This document shows positions 1 to 11,125 of a DNA stretch of 54,861 nt, piece by piece. Below the pieces are notes generated by a model. The model had not been told where the DNA came from. It saw only the letters and a list, made by a program, of their open reading frames with translations, and did no database searches. The stretch is from a virus (taxonomy: Duplodnaviria; Caudoviricetes), in the IMG/VR virus record IMGVR_UViG_3300037963_004246, positions 1 to 54,861 of that record; one strand, written 5' to 3'. Numbering within the stretch: position 1 is the first letter of the stretch; each line of letters starts with the position of its first letter. The position numbers were made by a program, and so were the translations under genes.

Positions 1-3000
1 TGCATCATCAGATATGGCTGTGTGGCTACTCGGTATTGTGCTATTGCTTGTTCCCAATCCAGGTGTTAAATCTGAACCTGTGTTGTTAATGATAGTATAT
101 TGTTGTCCTATTTCTGCTGTTGCAGGTAGGGTGGGCGCACCACTACCTGTTACATACACATACGAGCCTGATTGTTCGTCAGTTAGTGTTGTTGTGGTTG
201 TTATGGCTACTACACTAATTTTGTTTGCTACTAATCCGTTAGCATTCCCCTTAAACCAAGTAACTCCACCATCACCGGAAGTTATCAATAATTGGTCGTC
301 ACCTGTGGGGTCAGAAACATCACCGCTACCAATTACGAGGTTGTTAGACCCTGTGGTAATGTTGTCGCCCGATTGTGTCCCGATGCAGATATTGTAGTCG
401 CCGCTACTAACCAAGTAAGCAGCCTGGTAGCCTATTCCTGTGTTGTAATCTGAACCATCATCTGGAGTATATAGAGCCTGTCTTCCAATACCTATGTTAT
501 AGTTAGCACTTCCATTGATTGCATACATAGCACTATCGCCAATACCGATATTGTAATCTCCCTCAAATGTCCCATCACCACCATAAGTCGGCATATCCCC
601 TATGAATACATTTTTCGTAGCACTCGCAGTTCCTCTTGCACCGGCCGCATAACCAATACAAACTGAGTTAGTGGACAAAGACCAAATGCCAGCCCAAAAC
701 CCAACTGCGGTTGAACCGAATCCTATATTTTTACCAGCAGAAGAGCCAATAGCGACAACCCTACTATCTGTGCTATTAGTCGTTCCGGCTTGTTTTCCGA
801 TAAACACACCATCTGTTGCTGTTGATACTGCCGTTGCAGCAGACCACCCCATAGCAGTGTTACTCGTTCCGCTCGATAATGCGTCTAATGCCCCTATTCC
901 TACACCTGTATTATACACTGCACTACTTAGTGTTCCGGTGGTTTGATGACCCAATAACAAACTGCCTGTAAAATCAGTCCCACCGGATTTACCATCTGTT
1001 AAATCATCTATGCCGCCCGCAACCCCACTTGGTCCTGTCGGACCGGTCGAACCACCTGGTCCGGTCGGTCCTGTTGGGCCGGTAGGTCCTGTGGGTCCGG
1101 TAGGACCGGTAGCACCATCTGAACCGTCAGCCCCGTCAGAACCAGCGGGTCCTGTTGGTCCTGGAGGTCCTGTTACTCCAATAGTGCCTTGAGAACCAGG
1201 AGGACCTGTTGGTCCTGTTGGTCCTGGAGGCCCTGCCCCACCATCAGACCCGTCTGAACCATCATTTCCAGGCGGTCCTGCTGAGCCGGTTGGACCAGGA
1301 GGGCCAGCTGGTCCCGTCGGCCCTGGAGGTCCTGCAGAACCATCTGAACCATCGCTACCATCAGAACCAGGAGGACCTGCAGGCCCTTGAGCACCAGAAG
1401 GTCCTGGAGGACCGGCAACTCCTACTGTCCCTTGAGAACCAGGAGGACCTGTGGGGCCAGGAGGTCCTGCTGAACCTGTTGAACCTGTATCTCCTTTGTC
1501 GCCCGTTCTTGCGAAGGTGACGAAAACATCTTCTCCATCACTAAATGGTGCTGATGCTGAAGAATCTACTGTGCTTATTGTAATATCGAAATACCCTGTT
1601 TCTTCTGTTATGGAAGATATAGTGTGTAATGTAAATTGTGAAGAATCAGATAAGTTACTGATTTTGATATGGCCCTTTATGGTTGAAGTCGAATCGTCAA
1701 TGGTGCGAAGGAAGGACTGAATATCTGTGCCGTCAAGGTCGCTATCATCAATATAAATACCGGTCGCAGAACTTTGTGTTGAGTTGTCTAACCTTATCTT
1801 GCCTGCTCCTGGGTCTGCCTTTGATGTTGTAGTGCTAAAGTCATACTTAAACGAAGCACCACCAAATACACCTTGAGGCCCTTGTGGCCCTGTCGGTCCA
1901 GGAGGTCCTGCTGAACCTGGAGGGCCTGTGGGTCCAGACCCTCCCGTTGAGCCTGGAGGACCAGAAGGTCCTGCTGGTCCGGCTGGTCCTGTCGGTCCAG
2001 GAGGTCCGGCACTACCATCTGAGCCGTCATCACCGGCTGGTCCGGTTGGCCCTGCTGGGCCTGGAGGTCCCGATGGACCTGTTGCACCATCACTACCAGG
2101 AGGCCCACTTGGGCCTGTTGGTCCTGCTGGCCCACTTGGTCCTGCTGGTCCGGTAGCACCTGCTGGAATACTAAATGCAAATACCTTAGCCGTGTCTGGA
2201 CCTGATGATGTGATACCAATTGGGCCTGTAGTAGCAGTTGGCGTTCCAAAACCTGCTGCAGCACCTGTGCTTCCTGTGGGGCCGGAAGGTCCGGCAGGAC
2301 CTGTTGCGCCTTGTGGTCCGTCTGGGCCTTCTGGTCCGGTTGGACCTGTGGGTCCAGATGAACCTGTTGGGCCTGCTGGTCCGGTAGGTCCGGTTGCACC
2401 AGATGGGATTGTGAATGCGAATACTTTTGCTGTATCAGGGCCGCTTGCTGTTACTCCGATAGGGCCGGTGCTTGCAGAAGGAGTGCCGAAACCTGCAGCA
2501 GTTCCGGTTGGGCCTGTTGGACCCGACGGACCTGAAGGTCCTGTTGGACCCGTAGGGCCAGCCACAGTTGAATCCGCTCCGGTTGGTCCGGTTGGACCCG
2601 TAGGGCCGGTTGGCCCAGATGGTCCGGTCGGTCCAGATGGTCCTGTTGGGCCTGTGTCTCCTTTATCACCTGTTCGAGCAAAAGTTATTGTTACATCTTC
2701 GCCATCAGAAAAGGGAGATGTAGCCGATGAATCAACGGCACTTACTGTAATATCGAAATAACCGCTATTTTCAGTTAGAGAAGAAATTGTGAATAATAAG
2801 AATTGAGAAGTATCTGTTAAATTTGTTATTTTTACATGACCCTTGATTGTCGAGGTTGAGTCATCAATTGTTCTCATGTATGATTGAATGTCTGTTCCGT
2901 CTAAATCAGAATCGTCAATGTAAATACCTGTTGCGGCATTTTGTGTGGAATTATCGAGCCTTAATTTCCCTGAGCCAGGGTCTGAATCTGTTGTAGTGGT

Positions 3001-4569
3001 GCTAAAATCATATTTGAAAGTAGCACCTCCGAAATTCCCTTGAGGTCCCGTAGGTCCTGTTGGACCAGACGGTCCAGACGGCCCCGTAGGTCCGGTAGGA
3101 CCTGTGCTACCCGTAGGTCCTGCAGGTCCCGTTGGGCCTGTTGCTCCTTGAGGAATTGAAAACGCAAACACTTTAGCGGTGTCCGGCCCACTACCTGTTA
3201 CTCCTATTGGTCCGGTAGTGGCGGTAGGGGTTCCGAATCCGGCTGCTGCACCCGTTGGGCCGGTCGGACCTGTTGCGCCTGTTGAACCTGTTGGCCCATC
3301 TGGACCATCCGGTCCTGTGGGGCCAGAAGGCCCTGTTGGTCCTGTGGGTCCTGAAGGTCCGGTCGGTCCTGCTGGACCAGGAGGTCCTGCAACACTTGAA
3401 TCTGCACCCGTAGGACCTGTCGGTCCTGTCGGGCCGGTGGGGCCTGTCGGGCCAGCCGGTCCTTGTAATCCTGTTGGTCCGGTAGGGCCTGTCGGCCCCG
3501 TTGGGCCAGCTGCACCCGTAGGACCTGTAGGGCCTGTTGCACCTCTATCTCCTGAAGTGGAAAAATTAACAACGAGTGGTAGGTTATTAGAAGGTAAAGA
3601 TGCTGATAAAGAATTTACAACATCAACCTCAACGTGGTCTGATTGGCTGGTTAAACCATCAACTCTAAACACCATAAGATTAGTGCCGTCTGCTTTGCAG
3701 ATAGTCAAATACCCCTTCTTACCTACATTGGTTGAGTCATCCCATGATTCAACCCAAGATTCTATCGTATTGCCGTCACTGTCTTCGTGTGAAAAATAAA
3801 CCTTTGTTACTGATGCGACGGTGGCGTTGTTGAACATAAGGTCGCCATCATCAAGATTTGAGCTCGGTGAAGATGTGCTCGTATTGAAGAGTAATTTCAT
3901 ACCACCAAGCCTACCGTCTGGACCTGTTCCTCCCGTAGGGCCTGTTGGACCTGAAGGCCCTGTAGGACCGGTTGGTCCTGGAGGTCCAGCAACAGAAGAT
4001 GCGGGTCCTGTCGGACCTGTAGGTCCTGCCGGTCCTGTGGGACCAGCGGGACCTGTCGGACCAGCGGGACCGGTTGGGCCTGTGGGTCCTGTTGAGCCTG
4101 TCGGACCGCTTGCACTGTTTTGATATGCAACCCAAGTATCTGTTCCGTATTTTCTAACATAGGATTTCTCGAATTGACCTAAAGATTTAGCGAATGCGCT
4201 ACCATTTACTGTTACTCCGGTATCACCTTGAATAGTTACTGTGCCTGACCCCATATTCAAAATACGTAATTCAGTCAAATCAACCGGATAAGGAACGCTT
4301 GAATTGGTGGGGATTGTAATTGTTACTCCACTACCAGAACTTACGAGGACTAATTGCCCCTCGTGAGTGCGTGTTAGAGTAGTGTTTGAGGTTATGGTTG
4401 TTGAATTGGGGCGTATATCCATAGAACGCCCACCGGCAGTTGACCCGTCACCTATGAAAGTCATACCGCTTGTAGTATCTCTGAAAATTTGAGCACCATC
4501 TGGAGTAACAGATATTCTATTTGCTTGAGTATCCGTCAGCAAATTCTTAGCATCTGTTAGTGTCGGCAT
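1..4569 (-). CDS. Collagen-like tail fibre/adhesin, C-terminus beyond window start
   Basis: Read by hand from ATG at 4569 ([11 protein letters not shown]..., GAGGA RBS upstream); frame checked at several points and open at base 1. Long Gly-Pro-X tracts alternate with globular domains; the distal part has N-T-x-x-G repeats like those of trimeric adhesins. Missing from the ORF track because it has no stop in the window. Confidence 0.85.
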   Translation of the reverse strand, partial: MPTLTDAKNLLTDTQANRISVTPDGAQIFRDTTSGMTFIGDGSTAGGRSMDIRPNSTTITSNTTLTRTHEGQLVLVSSGSGVTITIPTNSSVPYPVDLTELRILNMGSGTVTIQGDTGVTVNGSAFAKSLGQFEKSYVRKYGTDTWVAYQNSASGPTGSTGPTGPTGPAGPTGPAGPTGPAGPTGPTGPASSVAGPPGPTGPTGPSGPTGPTGGTGPDGRLGGMKLLFNTSTSSPSSNLDDGDLMFNNATVASVTKVYFSHEDSDGNTIESWVESWDDSTNVGKKGYLTICKADGTNLMVFRVDGLTSQSDHVEVDVVNSLSASLPSNNLPLVVNFSTSGDRGATGPTGPTGAAGPTGPTGPTGPTGLQGPAGPTGPTGPTGPTGPTGADSSVAGPPGPAGPTGPSGPTGPTGPSGPTGPDGPDGPTGSTGATGPTGPTGAAAGFGTPTATTGPIGVTGSGPDTAKVFAFSIPQGATGPTGPAGPTGSTGPTGPTGPSGPSGPTGPTGPQGNFGGATFKYDFSTTTTDSDPGSGKLRLDNSTQNAATGIYIDDSDLDGTDIQSYMRTIDDSTSTIKGHVKITNLTDTSQFLLFTISSLTENSGYFDITVSAVDSSATSPFSDGEDVTITFARTGDKGDTGPTGPSGPTGPSGPTGPTGPTGPTGADSTVAGPTGPTGPSGPSGPTGPTGTAAGFGTPSASTGPIGVTASGPDTAKVFAFTIPSGATGPTGPAGPTGSSGPTGPTGPEGPDGPQGATGPAGPSGPTGSTGAAAGFGTPTATTGPIGITSSGPDTAKVFAFSIPAGATGPAGPSGPAGPTGPSGPPGSDGATGPSGPPGPAGPTGPAGDDGSDGSAGPPGPTGPAGPAGPSGPPGSTGGSGPTGPPGSAGPPGPTGPQGPQGVFGGASFKYDFSTTTSKADPGAGKIRLDNSTQSSATGIYIDDSDLDGTDIQSFLRTIDDSTSTIKGHIKISNLSDSSQFTLHTISSITEETGYFDITISTVDSSASAPFSDGEDVFVTFARTGDKGDTGSTGSAGPPGPTGPPGSQGTVGVAGPPGPSGAQGPAGPPGSDGSDGSDGSAGPPGPTGPAGPPGPTGSAGPPGNDGSDGSDGGAGPPGPTGPTGPPGSQGTIGVTGPPGPTGPAGSDGADGSDGATGPTGPTGPTGPTGPTGPGGSTGPTGPSGVAGGIDDLTDGKSGGTDFTGSLLLGHQTTGTLSSAVYNTGVGIGALDALSSGTSNTAMGWSAATAVSTATDGVFIGKQAGTTNSTDSRVVAIGSSAGKNIGFGSTAVGFWAGIWSLSTNSVCIGYAAGARGTASATKNVFIGDMPTYGGDGTFEGDYNIGIGDSAMYAINGSANYNIGIGRQALYTPDDGSDYNTGIGYQAAYLVSSGDYNICIGTQSGDNITTGSNNLVIGSGDVSDPTGDDQLLITSGDGGVTWFKGNANGLVANKISVVAITTTTTLTDEQSGSYVYVTGSGAPTLPATAEIGQQYTIINNTGSDLTPGLGTSNSTIPSSHTAISDDA
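1487..3035 (-). repeat. Internal duplication of a ~125-aa domain in the fibre (about 1487-1868 and 2654-3035)
   Basis: Both copies read FGGA(S/T)[52 protein letters not shown]...FARTGDKGD; offset 1167 bp, in frame. Confidence 0.85.
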
Positions 4570-4595
4570 GGTAATTCCTCATTTCTCATTCTTAC

Positions 4596-5810
4596 TTAAA
4601 GGGTCAGGTCTCCAAAAACAATAGACGTAACATTTCCTGTAACAGTTAAAGGCCCAATGTCTATCGTGGATTTAGAGGCCACTTCAGTACTGATTGTTCC
4701 CCACTTAGGGATACCATCAACAACCTTTAGTGCAGTATCATTATTACCTATTTTTGGTGGAAGTGTTGTGTAATTTTTTGGTGCGGAATGATATATTCCC
4801 CCACCTATCTCATAGAAGTCCCAGGAACCGGCAACAGTTGGCTTAGAATTGACCTTCAAGATATTGCCGTTGGTATTGTTTTGCGGTCTAAGAGAAGATT
4901 TGACTTCAAGGGAGTTACAAACAAGCGTTAGTCCATCAGTAATATATACATAGTTATTGGTGGATTGGTCGCCACCGATAATGAGGTTATGCCAATTTGC
5001 TGTAAAGTTAGAAGAACCATCACCAAAGTTAGTGTCGCCTGTAACAGGTAATCTTCGACCGCCGGAAGTAGCACGTATCTCCCAAGTGGTTTCTCCAGCA
5101 TCAAATGATGCGTAGTTAATATCAAAGTCAGTCCTGACTATGTATTTCCAATTTCTGTTGTTAAGTGGGTCATTTAGTGCTAATGTAGCACCATCCATGA
5201 CTAAAGAATCTATATCAACTGCTTCATAGTTAGGGTCTACTGTGGCTGTTGCAGCAACATACCCAACATTTAGTCGGGGAGTGCCTGTTCCAGTAACCCC
5301 TATGAATAAATCTGGGTATATACCCTTTTCTAATTTGAATTGGCTATCTGCGTGTGCTTCTGCTTCAGTAGATTCAATATACCAATTAGGCCCACCAGGA
5401 TTTGTATATTCAGCCAATTCCCCGAATGTTATCAATACGGGGTTTGAACTGCTGGTAACGAATTTGAAATTTTGATTAACCATATTCAATTTGCAGTTAA
5501 ATTTGAACACTCCCGAAAATGTGACTGTGGTAGTGTTTATTTCTAATGTTCTTGCTGATTCTGTGGTTGCGTTGTAAAAACCGTAATCAACACCAGGAAC
5601 AGCATTCTCTGTTGCTGGTAATTCGCAAATTATAGAACCTATGCTTGTGATAGTCCAGACACAGTCGCTGGTTGAATTACTATCGAAGTATGCTGTGTCC
5701 CCCGCACCTGGAACTGATGCACCTGTTGAACCACCGGAAGTGGTGCTCCAATTGGCTGTGCTGCTGCTTGCGTTAGAAGCACTCCCACCAATCCAATATC
5801 TGTTAGCCAT
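4596..5810 (-). CDS. Virion structural protein, beta-rich
   Basis: 404 aa, S/T/G/N-rich, N-terminal RYWIGG...ANWSTTSGG..GASVPG..DTAYFD motif; lies in the structural operon. Confidence 0.55.
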   Translation of the reverse strand: MANRYWIGGSASNASSSTANWSTTSGGSTGASVPGAGDTAYFDSNSTSDCVWTITSIGSIICELPATENAVPGVDYGFYNATTESARTLEINTTTVTFSGVFKFNCKLNMVNQNFKFVTSSSNPVLITFGELAEYTNPGGPNWYIESTEAEAHADSQFKLEKGIYPDLFIGVTGTGTPRLNVGYVAATATVDPNYEAVDIDSLVMDGATLALNDPLNNRNWKYIVRTDFDINYASFDAGETTWEIRATSGGRRLPVTGDTNFGDGSSNFTANWHNLIIGGDQSTNNYVYITDGLTLVCNSLEVKSSLRPQNNTNGNILKVNSKPTVAGSWDFYEIGGGIYHSAPKNYTTLPPKIGNNDTALKVVDGIPKWGTISTEVASKSTIDIGPLTVTGNVTSIVFGDLTL

Positions 5811-5811
5811 A

Positions 5812-6201
5812 TCACTTCAGCCTCGTAGCAGTTTTACCTTCGGCATAAGCAGTTGAACCTGCTTCCGCTATGTTTGCTACAAGGTCGTCTGCTCTTTTCT
5901 TGAAAACATCTAATTGCGCTCGCAATCTAATGTCGTTCTCTCTTTGCTGTTCTGTGGGGACATACGTTGGGATTGTGTCTAATAAAACCGTTAGGCAATC
6001 AACGGCGACAAGAGCCTTCACCGCAGCATCTTTCTCTGCAGTAGATACTACGTATGCGCTCGAGTCGTTTAAGTAAAGACTGCCTCTGGCTATTTTGTTA
6101 ATTTGTGCTTCTCTAACGCTTATGTATTCGGTTATCGTTCCCGAATTCAAGCCTTTAGGGAAGTTAAGCAAGTCACGGATATTTTGCTCAGAGACTGCCA
6201 T
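5812..6201 (-). CDS. Putative head-tail adaptor/completion protein
   Basis: About 129 aa, helical, downstream of the capsid gene; start MAVSEQ. Function from position only. Confidence 0.45.
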   Translation of the reverse strand: MAVSEQNIRDLLNFPKGLNSGTITEYISVREAQINKIARGSLYLNDSSAYVVSTAEKDAAVKALVAVDCLTVLLDTIPTYVPTEQQRENDIRLRAQLDVFKKRADDLVANIAEAGSTAYAEGKTATRLK

Positions 6202-6568
6202 TCCAACCCTCCGGCACATCGAGCATGATTGCTTTACCTGGAACCTCGCTCATTCGCCGGACAACTGTTAGTTTCTTAGTCAAAATTAACTCTTCAGCCC
6301 ATTTTGAGTTTGGAAGCCAATAAAGTTTAGAAGGCATGATTCCTGCCTGCTTCAGTTTGGGGTGTTGTCTATACATTCTAACAACCCAACCTGGGCCTGG
6401 TATCCAATGCTTTTTTCTGTGTTGCATAGCCTCAAGGGAAGCGTCTTCTGGAACGGGGATTCCCATAGCGTTCAATTCAGAAGCGAGAGAAGCCTTAGTG
6501 GACTTCTTAGGTGCTGCCTTTTTCTTAGGTGCTGCCTTTTTCTTACTCGCTTTCTTCTTTTCCGCCAT
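6188..6568 (-). CDS. Hypothetical protein with Lys/Ala-rich N-terminus
   Basis: MAEKKKASKKKAAPKKKAAPKK; overlaps neighbours. Confidence 0.6.
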   Translation of the reverse strand: MAEKKKASKKKAAPKKKAAPKKSTKASLASELNAMGIPVPEDASLEAMQHRKKHWIPGPGWVVRMYRQHPKLKQAGIMPSKLYWLPNSKWAEELILTKKLTVVRRMSEVPGKAIMLDVPEGWNGSL

Positions 6569-6758
6569 CTTTCTTCACCGTCTTTTTCGGAGTTGGCTTC
6601 TTATCAACCTTTGCTTCAGGTTGTGCTGCAACCCACTTAGCCATAGCAGACTTAGTGGGCTGCAGTCCCTCGGGCCAGATAGAAGGGATTGGTTTTCCCG
6701 CTGCCTTACAAAGAGCAGCGAGAAGAACCATTCTTCGTGCTTGGCCTATTCGAGCCAT
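6543..6758 (-). CDS. Small basic hypothetical protein
   Basis: 71 aa, GGTGA RBS just after the capsid stop. Confidence 0.55.
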   Translation of the reverse strand: MARIGQARRMVLLAALCKAAGKPIPSIWPEGLQPTKSAMAKWVAAQPEAKVDKKPTPKKTVKKDGGKEESE

Positions 6759-6770
6759 CTATAATCACCT

Positions 6771-7694
6771 TCAGGAGCGGACTCCGGTCAGCTTAACAAT
6801 CCTGTTGTTTGTGCCGGATGACGCTCCATCTTGGTGTTCGTGGATTACAGTTCCCATGTAGCCTGTTAGTAGCCAATCGAAGCCGACACCAGGTAGTCTG
6901 GTTAATTCGGTTTCTTGGAAGCCTGCACCATTGTATGTAAAGAATTCAGCGGTTTCCGAGCCAGGAATTAGAAGTAGTGCATCGTTTCCGAGTGCGCTGC
7001 TTGAGCCGTAATCTCTGGTGTAAAGAATTGATACGTTAGCGATTCTTCGTAGGTGTTCGCCGAGGGACTCCACGACGTTTCCGTATAGTGTTGTGTTTAG
7101 AATTGCACTTCTCTTATCGGCAGGTAGCACAAGGGATACTCCCTCGTCACCCGATACACGAGCGTTAGCAAAGAGTAAGTCCATCATTCCCAAAATGTCG
7201 CCTTCTTCGTCAGCGGAACCGCTACCGAATACAGCAGTAGCAGCAGCCGATTGACCAGCGCCACCGTGTAGTTTTGTTAGAATGTGGTTATCAATGAGGT
7301 CTGCGCGAGCGCGAACAATTCCCAACTGCTGTCGGTCAATGTTTTCAAAGGACTCACCGCGTAGGCGAACAGTATCGAGGAATACAACTCGACCCTGACC
7401 CTTCTCTAACTTGACGGTGTAGTTAGCAGTTCCAACCTTTGTTGGGTCAACGACTGCAGCGTCATCTATTGGGTAGGTAAATGTTCCATTCACGCCAGTA
7501 TACCACTTGAATTCAAGCCAGGGGACTGAGCGAGTGCCTACAAGGTCTGTTGCGATAGCAATTGTGTTAGATTGCAACTGAATGAAATCTCTTAGTGTTT
7601 GCTCAAGGACTGCATCTGGTGGTGCAACAGGTCCTGTGGAAGCAAACCATGTGTTGTCGTTCTTAGTCAAAATTTGGTCTAATGTGTCGTTCAT
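6771..7694 (-). CDS. Major capsid protein (probable HK97 fold)
   Basis: About 307 aa with GGAGATGA RBS before MNDTLDQIL; order portal-protease-decoration-capsid; size and composition fit. Confidence 0.75.
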   Translation of the reverse strand: MNDTLDQILTKNDNTWFASTGPVAPPDAVLEQTLRDFIQLQSNTIAIATDLVGTRSVPWLEFKWYTGVNGTFTYPIDDAAVVDPTKVGTANYTVKLEKGQGRVVFLDTVRLRGESFENIDRQQLGIVRARADLIDNHILTKLHGGAGQSAAATAVFGSGSADEEGDILGMMDLLFANARVSGDEGVSLVLPADKRSAILNTTLYGNVVESLGEHLRRIANVSILYTRDYGSSSALGNDALLLIPGSETAEFFTYNGAGFQETELTRLPGVGFDWLLTGYMGTVIHEHQDGASSGTNNRIVKLTGVRS

Positions 7695-7709
7695 CTTAAT
7701 CATCTCCAA

Positions 7710-8114
7710 TCAGCAAGAAACTGGTATTAGGTCTCCTGTAGCAATAGCGGTTTCGTCGCCAAAGTAATATCCTACGAATACAGCGGAGTTGGATGAATCG
7801 TCATCCACATATCCGTCTGTGTCGGAGGTTTGTGATACGTAAATAGGTAGTCCGAATTTAGGGGAAGCAATAGCCATGCTTCTTAGGTAGCAGATACCGT
7901 CAAGAGGCAGAATTGATACTGTTCCTGTTCCAGCCGCTTCAAGGGCTTGGTCAGCATCTCTGCTCGATTCTTGCATTGTGTAACCAATTGGTGTATCGGT
8001 TACTGAAGCGGTGGATTGGATACCGTTTGCATGGTATTTTACCAATAAGCCGCTTTCTGCAAAAGTGTTCTGTATATCAACCACATGGGCTGGGTCATTT
8101 CCTGAGTATAGCAT
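7710..8114 (-). CDS. Putative capsid decoration/cement protein
   Basis: 134 aa, Gly/Ala-rich beta pattern, between protease and capsid. Confidence 0.5.
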   Translation of the reverse strand: MLYSGNDPAHVVDIQNTFAESGLLVKYHANGIQSTASVTDTPIGYTMQESSRDADQALEAAGTGTVSILPLDGICYLRSMAIASPKFGLPIYVSQTSDTDGYVDDDSSNSAVFVGYYFGDETAIATGDLIPVSC

Positions 8115-8116
8115 TT

Positions 8117-9841
8117 CTAAATCATCCTCCTATCTTTGAGTTCTGCGAAGGTCAAAGCCCTCATGTCGTCATCCTTCATGTGACTGTTCCATTGGTCAGC
8201 CCATAGGTTATATGCGACTTCATAAATCGCTGTTGGGGTTTCAACCTTTTCGCCGTTGAGGTAGTTTGCCACTACCGCACCTGAATCTGCTTGAGGGGCT
8301 TCTGTTGCTTCAACATCAGTCGATGCTTCAACAGGCTTCATCTCGACCGGAGTTGGCTCAGGGTGAGCGGCCTCCCAAGATGCAATTAGTCCTTCAAGAG
8401 TTTCAGTAGTCAGTTCTTCGTGTCCCTTCATACCGAGTTCGGTTGCCTTCTCCACAAGGGAAATTCGCTCTTCTTCAGCTGCTGCTGCTTCACGAGCATG
8501 GAACTCATCAACTGTTGCATTCGCAAGGATGAGTTGCGCCTTTAGGTCTTCCATTTCAGCATGAAGCTCACTGTTATCGCTTGCTTCAATCTCTATGTCG
8601 TCAGTCATAATAGTCACCGTTTGACGACCTGACGAAGTGCTCGTGCTACCTATAAACCCTGCGGTCTGCTTCACCCTTTCGACTTCTGTTATACGAGCCT
8701 TTGAGTATGCTGGCTTATGAACGATTGCTAAATGGTCTATATTGAATTGCGTTCCAAAAACCATGATATTCTTACCGTCTTCGCTGCTCTTAACGACTTC
8801 AGGCTTACCTGTTCCACCGATACTCACACCATAGCCTTTTCTCAGCCAAAGGCCGGATTCTAATGCTTCAAACAGTTCTGTTCTCACAACATCGGCTTCA
8901 AATCTAACCAACCAACCGTCTTCGTCTTCATCCATATATGCAGATGTGACGTATCCGACAATCGCTTCTTCTACTCCACCATCCATATTTCGTGAAAAAC
9001 CAGACCCTACTTCATTTGTCTTAGGGTGTAGTAATGTGAGGTCAGTCCCAACGAAGTTATCAACAACATTTTCAGCGCCCGCTCGAGTGAGCGACCATCT
9101 GTTCTTATTTACTCCTTCGTGGAATGCTATACCTTTGATTCTAATAACTGTTTTTCCGGTTGTTGCTTCAAGTATTGATTCCGCTTCTTCGATTTCTAAA
9201 TCGAGTTCGACTGATACTTTTACACACATACCGTCTTTCTTTTCATAACCTTCTTTACAACCATAAGAAGCCTTTTTCTTTTCGTCGTCGTCATAATAAC
9301 CTTCGACTTCTTCTTTCTTGAAAGTGTGTCCTTCGTGGGCTTTCATACACTGTTCTTTGGTATAACCCGCCTTTTGGCAACGAGACATATATTCTTCGTG
9401 AGTTTCATTATTTTTAGGTGTAGGTTCAGCCGCTTCTGCTACTTCCTTTTTACAGTTTTGTTCATCCATACATTCACCTTCTTTACAGTCGCAGGGGGAT
9501 TCTGAACCTTCGACTTTTGCTCCTGACCTCCATTGTCTGCAAGACCAATAACGGGCTTTCCATTTTGGGCCAGGGCTACTGCAGTTATGTCTGCTTCTGA
9601 AAGATTTTCTCCTTGCGGGGTCATCTCTTTTGATTTCCATGTTAGGGTCGCCGAATCTTACAAGAACGACATTACCCTTTTCATTTTTAGTATAGACACC
9701 AAATTTCTTAGGACCTCCAGATGTTCTGAATGGTTTGTTAAGAGTTACTTTACGACCTTTGTATTCCGCCGCTTCAACATCTTCTTCATCCCATTCTTCA
9801 TAGGCGACTACTTCTCCGCCGCAACCACAACCGCAACCCAT
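8117..9841 (-). CDS. Prohead protease-scaffold polyprotein with extra N-terminal modules
   Basis: Central domain IKGIAFHEGVNKN...LTLLH...IVGYV...GVSIG...HLAIVHKPAY typical of HK97-type maturation proteases; acidic coiled-coil C-terminus. Confidence 0.75.
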   Translation of the reverse strand: MGCGCGCGGEVVAYEEWDEEDVEAAEYKGRKVTLNKPFRTSGGPKKFGVYTKNEKGNVVLVRFGDPNMEIKRDDPARRKSFRSRHNCSSPGPKWKARYWSCRQWRSGAKVEGSESPCDCKEGECMDEQNCKKEVAEAAEPTPKNNETHEEYMSRCQKAGYTKEQCMKAHEGHTFKKEEVEGYYDDDEKKKASYGCKEGYEKKDGMCVKVSVELDLEIEEAESILEATTGKTVIRIKGIAFHEGVNKNRWSLTRAGAENVVDNFVGTDLTLLHPKTNEVGSGFSRNMDGGVEEAIVGYVTSAYMDEDEDGWLVRFEADVVRTELFEALESGLWLRKGYGVSIGGTGKPEVVKSSEDGKNIMVFGTQFNIDHLAIVHKPAYSKARITEVERVKQTAGFIGSTSTSSGRQTVTIMTDDIEIEASDNSELHAEMEDLKAQLILANATVDEFHAREAAAAEEERISLVEKATELGMKGHEELTTETLEGLIASWEAAHPEPTPVEMKPVEASTDVEATEAPQADSGAVVANYLNGEKVETPTAIYEVAYNLWADQWNSHMKDDDMRALTFAELKDRRMI

Positions 9842-10417
9842 CTATTTTTTGCCTCCTTTTTTACTTCTTGGGTGACCCTTCGGTAGCAAGTCATTGTCCT
9901 GCTTGTAATTAGGGTTACTCGGTCTGCCATTCCTCAAGAGATATAAGAATGCTTTGACTCTTGCTACACCCCAACCCCCACGACTCATTTTGGGGTGGTG
10001 GCTTCGACTAAATGCACCTGCACCTCTTCTATAAACAGATTTTAATTGCCCCATAGTGGCTCGGAATTTGGGTTTCTTTGCGTTATGCTTACGCATCAAT
10101 TCTCTTAGAGTGGATTCTGTCCCCTTTCCTGTCTTTATGTTCTTATTAGGCTTTTTGGCTGAACCTGGTTTATTTCTTTTTGAGCCCTTACGCCTTTCAC
10201 TTGGTTTTGCGGGAGTCTTTCGTGGGTCTTTTTTTCCAGGTTTTCCGTATTGTAGTGCTTCAACAGTTTCATCTGCTTTTTCAGCACCGTCTTTGAAGTA
10301 TCGGTTGCATACTGCGTATCTTTGTGCTGGATTCCCGAATTCATCCACCATTTTACTATCGCCCATACACCTACGCAAAAAGTCAGGCTTTGATTCGTTT
10401 TCTTTTGGGTTCGGCAT
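9842..10417 (-). CDS. Basic hypothetical virion-module protein
   Basis: 191 aa, K/R-rich, motif VYRRGAGAF..SH.P...W..ARV.AF; N-terminus resembles an internal repeat of the protease. Confidence 0.65.
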   Translation of the reverse strand: MPNPKENESKPDFLRRCMGDSKMVDEFGNPAQRYAVCNRYFKDGAEKADETVEALQYGKPGKKDPRKTPAKPSERRKGSKRNKPGSAKKPNKNIKTGKGTESTLRELMRKHNAKKPKFRATMGQLKSVYRRGAGAFSRSHHPKMSRGGWGVARVKAFLYLLRNGRPSNPNYKQDNDLLPKGHPRSKKGGKK

Positions 10418-10418
10418 A

Positions 10419-10790
10419 TCACACGCTCCAATTATCTAAGAACTGTCTGATTCGCTCTATATCAATGTATTCACAGGTTATACCTGAATAGTTATCCCCA
10501 ACATCGAAGGATTCATACGTATGTTTGGAAACAGATAAATTGTATCCTTGTGGGGATATTGAGTCGTTAAACCAAACGTAAAGTCTTCTGTCTCCTGTAT
10601 CGTCTGTTATTTGTTTGTGTAATACTTCACCGTGTAAATCGTAGCACTTATACGGGACTGCTGGTTCTTGAAAGGGGGAAAAGTGGTTATGTGCTGTCAT
10701 AACCATTATAGCCAAAAGGACTGCTAATAAATTTGCTGTTCTTCCATCATCAGGTCTTGAGTCGCTGAACGTGTATGGTTCAACAATCAT
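10419..10790 (-). CDS. Hypothetical protein with one transmembrane segment
   Basis: LLAVLLAIMVMTA hydrophobic stretch; ATGA-coupled to the upstream gene. Confidence 0.55.
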   Translation of the reverse strand: MIVEPYTFSDSRPDDGRTANLLAVLLAIMVMTAHNHFSPFQEPAVPYKCYDLHGEVLHKQITDDTGDRRLYVWFNDSISPQGYNLSVSKHTYESFDVGDNYSGITCEYIDIERIRQFLDNWSV

Positions 10791-11125
10791 CTCCGCCCCC
10801 CAAAGTATTCAACTGCATGGCCTTCTTCTATCAATTTAGCATTTACATTTATTGACCCGACTTTTAGTTCTCCTAAACATCTGCCAAATTTACCTACACC
10901 ATGAGATTTCAAAACGACTGTTTTTCCACCTACCAACTGTTCGAGCCTTTCTTTTGCGGCAAGCCCACGAATCTTCTCTTCTTTATCGCGTGTGCGAGAT
11001 TCAGGTGCGTTGATTCCGTGTAGCCTCACACGGACACTGTAATGAACCTTGAAACCTAAATCAATCCGCGCATCCACAGTGTCGCCATCAACGACTCGTA
11101 AGATTTCTGCTTGATATTCCCACAT
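10787..11125 (-). CDS. Thermonuclease (SNase-family) nuclease
   Basis: RVVDGDT, RVRLHGINAPE, GKFGRCLG, NAKLIEEGHA motifs; start MWEYQ after GGGGTGA. Confidence 0.85.
   Translation of the reverse strand: MWEYQAEILRVVDGDTVDARIDLGFKVHYSVRVRLHGINAPESRTRDKEEKIRGLAAKERLEQLVGGKTVVLKSHGVGKFGRCLGELKVGSINVNAKLIEEGHAVEYFGGRR

Noticed and set aside
14-4160. Many GPV-rich plus-strand and Q/L/D-rich minus-strand ORFs in the track
   Set aside because: Antisense and out-of-frame shadows of the collagen Gly-Pro-X codons.
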